A stretch of 64,000 nt of DNA, from NCBI GenBank assembly GCA_043228905.1, contig JBHGNT010000015.1, positions 18,228,001 through 18,292,000 on the forward strand. Direction: 5' to 3'. A program made the position numbers and the translations under genes. The notes below the pieces were generated by a model that was not told where the DNA came from, searched no databases, and saw nothing but the letters and a program-made list of their open reading frames with translations. Positions within the stretch are counted from its first letter, which is position 1. Each line of letters opens with the position of its first letter. Source of the DNA: Azolla caroliniana (lineage: Eukaryota; Plantae; Polypodiophyta). This document shows positions 56,806-64,000 of the stretch, piece after piece.

Positions 56806-59800
56806 TTACGTTGCGGGTTCTTCGGCTCTGTCCTGTTCGGCGGTGAATGGGTTAGGTGGCGTAGGGCCCAGGTAAGGTTTGAGCCGAAACCCATTCACCT
56901 TTTGCCGGACTACTTCCCCGACCAGCGTACCTAGTTGGAACGTGCCTTGTTCCGCTCCAATTATCCAATATGGGCCGGTCCAGCGGAATCGTAACTTCCC
57001 CGGCATATGGCCCATGCGAGTTTGGAAAACCAGCACCGCTCGACACACGATGAACTCCTTTTCCCTTGCATTCCGATGTCGATGCACAAACGCTTCACGT
57101 TGTCGTTGTTCCTGCTCCAACACAGCCATGCTGTGGACGCATTTTTCCCCTAGTTCGAGGAGTTGGTGGAGCCGTACCTCCTCCGACTTGGCTTCTGATA
57201 GTCGGTTCCGTACCTGAATTCGCAAACTAGGTACCTGAAATTCGACCGGCATCACAGCCTCCAGCCCAAACGCTAGTCGAAACGGTGTTGACTGTATGCT
57301 TGTTTTGTAGCTGGTTCTGTATGCCCATAACGCACTCTGTAGTTTGGTATCCCAATCCGTTCTATTTTCATTGACGATTTTCTTCAAAATGGTTTGCAAC
57401 GTCTTGTTGGTGGATTTTGCTAATCCATTCGCCTGTGGATAATATGGCATACTCTTCTTATGGACTACGGCGTAATGATGTGTTAGTTCTCGAACAACTG
57501 TCTTGAGAAAGTGGCTCCCCTGGTCACTGATAAGCTCAATCGGACAGTCGAACCGGCACTAGATGTGCTCGTAAAGGAATCTGGCTGTGACGGCCGCCGT
57601 ATTTTCACGTAGTGCCTTTGCTTCTACCCATTTGGTGCAATAATCCGTGGCTACCAATATGTATTTATTGCCCATACGGGCTGCCGCCAGTGTGAAGGGC
57701 CCCACAAAATCCAATCCCCACTTTTGGAAGGGGTCTAGCGGTAATACGGGCTGGTGTGGCATCCTTGCGCCCTCCACGGGCTCTCCCATTCGTTGACACA
57801 AATCACACTTTTTACAATACGCGAATGTGTGCTTCTGTGTTGTTGGCCACCATAAGCCCGCTTGCCATACTTTCTGGGCTGTAACGTCGCCCGCGTAATG
57901 GCCGCTTGCCGTGCCGCAGTGTGCCTCCCGTAAAACTGCTTCCTTCTCATCTTGACGTACCCCACGTCGCCAAATGCCGTCACTTCCTTTGTGATATAAA
58001 ACGCCTTCGACGAGGTAGAAGTGACGGCTTCGGACGACTAGTCGTTTCTTCTCATCCATGCGTAATTGTGGTGGAGGTCGATTTCCATAAGCCACCGGTC
58101 CCGAAAGGTCGATTCCGTTCTTTCTGCTAGTGTCGCTACCCGCAGGATATCGGTGTCCGGAAAATCGTCGTCATCTTTCTGTACTGTTTCTCCATTCTCG
58201 AGTCTGCTCAAAAAATCCGCCACTGCGTGTTGTGTCCCTGGTCGGTGTTGGATTACGAAATCGAATTCCTAGAGCAGCAACATCCACCGCGCCAATTTCC
58301 CTGTCAGGGCTTGTTTCTCCACCAAATACAATAGCGCCGAATGATCCACGTGGAACGTGAATTTCCTTCCTACTAAATAGTGCCGGAATTTATTGATGTT
58401 ATAGATCATCCCTAGCGCCTCTCGCTCCGTTGTGGAGTAGTTACACTCTGTTGTTGATAATTTGTGACTAGCATAGTATACTAGCCAGTACCAACTTGGT
58501 TCGATGAGCTGCATTAGTGCACTTCCTATTGCTATGTCCGAGGCGTCGACGAACACATGGAATGGCTTCGCCCAAACTGGTGGTTGTACGACAGGAGCCT
58601 GTGTGAGCATTATCTTAAGTGCCTCATAGGCCTTATCCTCCGTTGTCGTCCATTGGAAAGGAGTCTGATGTACGGCAGCGTGTAACGGCGTGGCGAAGTC
58701 CGCCAAATACCGTATCATTCGACTATGCCACCGTATTTGTCCTAAAAATTGACTGAGCGATTTGGCGTTTATCAGAGTTTTGGCTTGCGTAATCGCGGAG
58801 ATTCTGTTCAGATCAACCGCTATTCCCTCCTTGATGACTATATGCCCCAGGAGAGTCCCGCTGGTCACACCGAAAGCACATTTCGCGGGATTCAGGTTTA
58901 AGCGTGCGGTGCGGCAACGTTCCAGGCACAGTTGTAAGTGCGAAAAATGGTCTATTGTTCTCCCATATACCGCAAAGTCGTCTAAAAAAACTTGCATGAA
59001 CGCCGGAATGTATTCCCCAAAGATCTCCACAATTGTCCGTTGAAATGTTGCCGGCGCCGTCTTTAGCCCGAACATCATGACGACTACCACATATACTCCC
59101 CAGTCCGTGACAAATGCCGTCTTTTCTTGGTCCTCGGGATGCATGCGTACCTGGTTATAGCCATTGAAGCCATCTAAAAAATTGTACATCTCTTGTCCTG
59201 CGACGGCGTCCAGTACGCTATCAGTGAAGGGTAAGGGAAATGCGTCAGTAATGGTGACGACGTTTAATTTTCGGTAATCTACGCATACTCGTATTTTTCC
59301 GTTTTTCTTGGAATGACCACTATCGGGCTTAACCATGTCGCTTGTTTAACTGGTCGTATGAACCCCGCCTTCAGGAGCTTGTCAATTTTTGATTTCACAC
59401 GGGTCGTGTAGTTTGGGTCCATGCGGTAGCGGCGCTGTTGGACGGGTTTTGCGTCGGTTGCTAAATTGATCTTATGCTGAAAGAACTTGGGATCTAGCCC
59501 CTTCATGTCCTCGTGAGCCCAAGCGAACACATCCTTATATTCCGCGAGTAGTGCGATCATCGTGTTTCTCTAGTCCGGCCCTAATTCCTCTGCGATGGAG
59601 AGGAAACGAGGCTCCGATTCCATACCCACATTTACTTCTTCGAGGGCGGAAGCGGTGACTCGTCGTGAAATCTCCATTTTCCTTTTGAATGCCGCTCATG
59701 CTCTGCTGAGTTCCAATATGGACTCTGTGTTTGGTTCGTAAGGCTCGTCGTGGAGAACCGTGGTCGTGGCATATTCTGCCATGGTTGCAATGACGTCTAT

Positions 59801-59969
59801 TTCAAACAGCGGAATAATCCGAGGTTGCTCGTCGAGGTATGCCTCTAATTCTGCATCCTCCACCCTAGCCAACATATTTATATCTTCTGCGTATAATGGT
59901 GTTATACCCTTGGGTTGTGGCGTACTTCCTTTCGTAGGTACACGAACCTTGGTGCGTCCGTGTCGGAAA
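56806..59969 (-). pseudogene. pol: Gypsy-D pol (RT, RNase H, integrase)
   Basis: ORFs 59279..59560, 58269..59336, 57559..58095 and 56806..57450. Confidence 0.9.
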
Positions 59970-60040
59970 TGTTGGGATTTCGGTCCCTCCGGATGGGATG
60001 TCCGGAGATGAATGACGGCAAGCCCGGTTGCGGTTACGGT

Positions 60041-60220
60041 GCCGGATGATGAAGACCCCGGCTACGGAGCCGGATGATGAAGACCCCGGCTACGGTGCCG
60101 GATGATGAAGACCCCGGCTACGGAGCCGGATGATGAAGACCCCGGCTACGGAGCCGGATGATGAATACCCCGGCTACGGAGCCGGATGCTGAAGACCCCG
60201 GTTACGGAGCCGGATGACGA
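60041..60220 (+). repeat. Six-plus 28-bp tandem repeats in U3
   Basis: GCCGGATGATGAAGACCCCGGCTACGGW units start at 60041, 60069, 60097, 60125, 60153 and 60181. Confidence 0.95.
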
Positions 60221-60700
60221 ATGTACCCGGAGGGAGATCCGGATGCGGGGACATATTTGTGAATATGTTTGCCAAGAGCCCTTGAGGCTATATTTGTAAA
60301 TAGCCCGAAAGTCATATGTGTATAAATATGACTTAGGGCAAACAGTTTTATGTTGTTGCTCATTTTTCATGAGAAGTGAGAGCAGCTGAGAGAGAGAGTG
60401 AGAGACGAAGAGGTCGTTGCCTCTGTGTATTACCGCCGCCTGTGGCGAAGACAGTGTGCTCAAGGTTGTTGCCTTGTAGCTTCACCAGTGTACATCCCTG
60501 TTCATAGTGATAGTTGGAGTTTGAGGACTCCCGTGGTTTTTCCCATTTAGGGCTTTCCACGTAAAACATCCAGTGTACCTTTCTCTCTATTGTTTTGTGC
60601 ATTTTCTATTTCCTGTTTTCTGTGAGTTGATCCCATTCCTCGGTTGTGGCCGAGCACTGTTTTTCAACAAACTGGTATCAGAGCGACGGTAACACAGAAA

Positions 60701-63700
60701 ATGGAAGGCGGCGGTAGTGGGCCTCCGGGCATGATGGTGCTGAACGCGCAGAACTACGCCGACTGGAAGATAAAGATGGAGGATCTGCTCATTGTTCGGG
60801 ACCTGTATGAACCGATCGACAGGTCGGAAATACCCAAGGGGGTACTTGAGACGGAGTGGAGGCTTCTGAACCGGAAAGCCGTTGCAACCATTCGGCAATA
60901 CGTCGACGTGAGCGTTCTACAACACGTGGCGAACGACACCAACGCATATGAGATGTGGAGGAAGCTGTCGGGCCTCTACGAGAGGAAGAATGCGTTGAAC
61001 CGGACCTCCCTGATGAGAAAGATAGTGAACCTCAAGTACCGGGACGGCGAAAGTATGGTGGAACACGTAAGCACGTTCATGGGATTCGTGAACCAGCTTG
61101 CGGCGATCAAGTTCCCGTTGGAGGATGCAATGCAAGCCATCATCCTGATGTGTACATTGCCGGACAGCTGGGAGAACTTGGTGGTGACTCTCAGCACCTC
61201 CTGCACGGAAGACAACTTGTCCCTACAAACGGTAAAGACAAGTATTCTAAATGAAGAAGCGCGTCGGAGAGATAAAGAACCGGCCTCCGACTCGAAGGCG
61301 CTGCTTACCGAATCGGAACGGGGAAGACACTGGAACCGGAGTCCGCAAAGACGGGAGAAGTCGGGGACCCGGTCACAGTCAAGAGGAAGACCCATCTGCT
61401 TCCACTGTGGGAAGCCGGGGCACTTCCGGAAGAATTGTCGGCATTACCGAAAGGACAACGGAGCCGACGACACCGATTCGAAGAAGTCACCGGAGAGAAA
61501 CGGTGCATACCGGGGAGCCACGGACCGGAGAGGTCCGGATCGGCGAGGGCAGGACCGGAAAGGAACAACGGCACTCGCGGCAAGTGAGGAAGAGATCATG
61601 CTCATCACCGAAGAAGGTGAGCTAAACGTTGCCGGCGATGAGACGACCTGGGTGGTCGATTCCGGAGCATCGTTCCACCTGACCCCGGAGAAAAGATACT
61701 TCTCATCCTACACAGCCGGTGAGCATGGCTGTGTTCGGATGGGAAATGAAGGTACGTGCCGGATTGCCGGCATAGGAGACGTGTGGTTAACAACCCCGAC
61801 CGGATGCAAAATGCTGCTGAAGGATGTCCGACACGTTCCGGAGGTTCGATTGAACCTGATTTCGGCCGGGAGGCTAGACGATGAAGGCTACACAGGTAGC
61901 ATCCGGAACGGCGTAATGAAGTTCAGCAAGGGGAGCCTGATAGTGGCTCGGGCCCGGAAAGTCAACACACTGTACCTGATGAATTCCCGGCTCTGTCCGG
62001 AGGAGCTGAACGTGGCAGCCGACACTGCCGGTGAGCTGTGGCACAAGAGACTGTGCCACATGAGTGAGAAGGGGATGAAGAGGCTTGCCGAAGACAACCT
62101 TATTCCAGTGAAGCATGTGCACCTGGAGAAGTGCACCGACTGCCTGGCCGGTAAGCAAAACCGGACCTCCTTCCACTCAAGGCCACCGACGAGACGTAGC
62201 GCACCATTGGAGCTGGTGCACACCGATGTGTGTCAGGTAGAAACGAAGTCACATGGCGGAGCCCAGTACTTCGTAACATTCATTGATGATCACAGCCAGA
62301 AGCTGTGGACGGCACCGTTGAAGACAAAGGACCAAGTATTGTCCGTCTTCAAAGAACTCCACGCGAGAGTGGAAAGGGAATCCGGCAAGAAGCTGAAAGC
62401 AATACGAGCGGATAACGGAGGGGAATACCGGGGGCAGTTCCAGGAGTACTGTCGCTCGAAGGGGATCCGGCTCGAGTTTACTGTGCCGAAGACGCCGGAA
62501 CTGAACGGGCTGGCCGAGAGGATGAACCGGACCATAATGGAGAGGGTCCGGAGTATGCTGGCGCATGCGAAATTACCCAAGGGGTTTTGGGCTGAGGCGA
62601 TGTCGACGGCGACATACGTGATAAACAGATCACCCTCAGTACCTTTGGACGGAGACACGCCGCAGAGAGTGTGGACCGGTAGGGAAGTATCCTACCGGCA
62701 TCTGAAGGTGTTCGGGTGTCTCGCATACGTGCATGTGGCAAAGGACCGGAGAGGAAAGCTAGATCCAAAGACCCGGCCATGCATATTCCTCGGTTACGGT
62801 GACGACGAGTTCGGCTACCGAGTATGGGACCCGGTCGACAAGAAGATATTCAGGAGTCGAGACATCATCTTCATGGAGGACAAGACACTCGCCGACTGGG
62901 AGTCGGAGAAGAAGATGAAGAGCTCCAAGTCGACCGGTGAGGATAAACTCTACGAGGAGCAGTCCCGACCGGCAAGGGACCGGTTAACACTCGAGGATCC
63001 GGCCGAAGACGGTGAAGAAACAGAACCGGCCGAAGAAGATGAAACTGATACCGGAACCGGCCCCGATCCCGAAATGGATTCGGATGAAGAGGAAACGGAG
63101 GAGCCGGTTACCGAAGCTCCGGAACGGAGATATCCTCTAAGAGAGAGAAGGGCCCCCCGGAGATTTCCGGAACCAGAGCACGTGCTGCTAACAGACGAGG
63201 GGGAGCCGGAAAGTTTTGAAGAAGCAAAACAAGACACCCAGAGCCGCAGGTGGTTGAGTGCCATGCAGGACGAGATGGATTCCCTGCATGAGAATCACAC
63301 ATATGAACTTGTGGAGTTGCCGAAAGGAAAGCGGGCACTTCGAAACAAGTGGGTGTTCAAGCTGAAACCGGGAGATGCCGGAAACCCCCCGAGATACAAA
63401 GCCAGGATCGTGGTGAAGGGGTTTCAGCAAAAGAAGGGCGTCGACTTCGACGAGATATTTGCCCCGGTAGTAAAGATGACCTCCATCCGGACGGTGCTGA
63501 GCATAGCGGCAAGCATGGACCTCGAGGTAGAACAGATGGACGTGAAGACGGCATTCCTTCACGGCGACCTCGATGAAGAGATCTACATGCAGCAACCGGA
63601 AGGATTCGAGAAGAAAGGGAAGGAGCACCTGGTATGCCGGTTGAAGAAGAGCCTTTACGGACTGAAGCAGGCTCCCCGGCAATGGTACCGGAAGTTCGAC

Positions 63701-64000
63701 TCCTTCATGACCGACGAAGGGTACCACAAAACGCAGTCTGACCACTGCGTGTTTGTGAAGAAGTTCGAAGGAGGAGACTCTCTAATACTCCTCTTGTACG
63801 TGGACGACATGTTGATCGTCGGACGGGACCAGGTCAAGATACGGATGCTGAAGAAGGCTCTTCACCGAACCTTCTCAATGAAGGACTTGGGTCCGGCGAG
63901 ACAAATACTAGGGATGCACATCATCCGCGACCGGAGCAAGAAGCAGTTGTGGCTGTCACAGGAGAAGTACGTGACAAAGGTGCTTCAACGGTTCAACATG
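60701..64000 (+). CDS. Copia Gag-Pol polyprotein, apparently open to the window end
   Basis: ATG GAA GGC GGC start as in the other copy; collinear apart from scattered substitutions and a one-codon indel; absent from the ORF track, consistent with no stop inside the window. Confidence 0.9.
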   Translation, partial: MEGGGSGPPGMMVLNAQNYADWKIKMEDLLIVRDLYEPIDRSEIPKGVLETEWRLLNRKAVATIRQYVDVSVLQHVANDTNAYEMWRKLSGLYERKNALNRTSLMRKIVNLKYRDGESMVEHVSTFMGFVNQLAAIKFPLEDAMQAIILMCTLPDSWENLVVTLSTSCTEDNLSLQTVKTSILNEEARRRDKEPASDSKALLTESERGRHWNRSPQRREKSGTRSQSRGRPICFHCGKPGHFRKNCRHYRKDNGADDTDSKKSPERNGAYRGATDRRGPDRRGQDRKGTTALAASEEEIMLITEEGELNVAGDETTWVVDSGASFHLTPEKRYFSSYTAGEHGCVRMGNEGTCRIAGIGDVWLTTPTGCKMLLKDVRHVPEVRLNLISAGRLDDEGYTGSIRNGVMKFSKGSLIVARARKVNTLYLMNSRLCPEELNVAADTAGELWHKRLCHMSEKGMKRLAEDNLIPVKHVHLEKCTDCLAGKQNRTSFHSRPPTRRSAPLELVHTDVCQVETKSHGGAQYFVTFIDDHSQKLWTAPLKTKDQVLSVFKELHARVERESGKKLKAIRADNGGEYRGQFQEYCRSKGIRLEFTVPKTPELNGLAERMNRTIMERVRSMLAHAKLPKGFWAEAMSTATYVINRSPSVPLDGDTPQRVWTGREVSYRHLKVFGCLAYVHVAKDRRGKLDPKTRPCIFLGYGDDEFGYRVWDPVDKKIFRSRDIIFMEDKTLADWESEKKMKSSKSTGEDKLYEEQSRPARDRLTLEDPAEDGEETEPAEEDETDTGTGPDPEMDSDEEETEEPVTEAPERRYPLRERRAPRRFPEPEHVLLTDEGEPESFEEAKQDTQSRRWLSAMQDEMDSLHENHTYELVELPKGKRALRNKWVFKLKPGDAGNPPRYKARIVVKGFQQKKGVDFDEIFAPVVKMTSIRTVLSIAASMDLEVEQMDVKTAFLHGDLDEEIYMQQPEGFEKKGKEHLVCRLKKSLYGLKQAPRQWYRKFDSFMTDEGYHKTQSDHCVFVKKFEGGDSLILLLYVDDMLIVGRDQVKIRMLKKALHRTFSMKDLGPARQILGMHIIRDRSKKQLWLSQEKYVTKVLQRFNM

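Larger units (their letters stand above)
53238..59969 (-). mobile_element. Gypsy-D: Athila/Tat-like element, 3' part (RT-RH-INT, long extra ORF, LTR 53238-53677)
   Basis: [62 protein letters not shown]; LTR with TGTTG...CAACA termini. Confidence 0.88.
59970..64000 (+). mobile_element. Second young copy of the intact Copia family (runs off the window)
   Basis: 5' LTR 59970-60669 (700 bp); PBS 60673-60684; near-identical to the reverse complement of 47214-52569. Confidence 0.96.

Noticed and set aside
60041-60220. CRISPR-like 28-bp palindromic repeats
   Set aside because: No unique spacers, no cas genes, and located inside a eukaryotic LTR.

Overview
Gene-free eukaryotic window made almost entirely of nested retrotransposons. 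The mix of element types suggests a non-seed land plant such as a moss, lycophyte or fern (inference only). From left to right: a decayed Copia remnant; an RTEX/L2-like LINE carrying two solo LTRs; an L1-type LINE sitting in a (GA)n tract and interrupted by a hAT-type MITE; a second RTEX-like LINE split by a chromovirus/Copia chimera; three related non-chromoviral Gypsy elements nested in each other and hosting a deleted Copia, a deleted chromovirus and a fully intact young Copia (47214-52569); an Athila/Tat-like Gypsy with a long extra 3' ORF; and a second young copy of the intact Copia running off the window end. Most insertions have readable target-site duplications (TSDs). No host gene, rRNA, true tRNA gene or CRISPR array was recognised. 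The most interesting signals are cis-acting. (1) A Gypsy whose 3' LTR is flanked by an inverted tRNA-Arg-type primer-binding site (PBS) where the polypurine tract (PPT) should be. (2) tRNA-like Pol III A/B-box modules antisense in the U3 of unrelated Gypsy LTRs. (3) Self-priming chromoviruses with a compensatory base change. (4) Slippery-site/pseudoknot cassettes, including one between protease and reverse transcriptase (RT) in a tRNA-Trp-primed element with a 4-bp TSD. All comparisons were made by eye.
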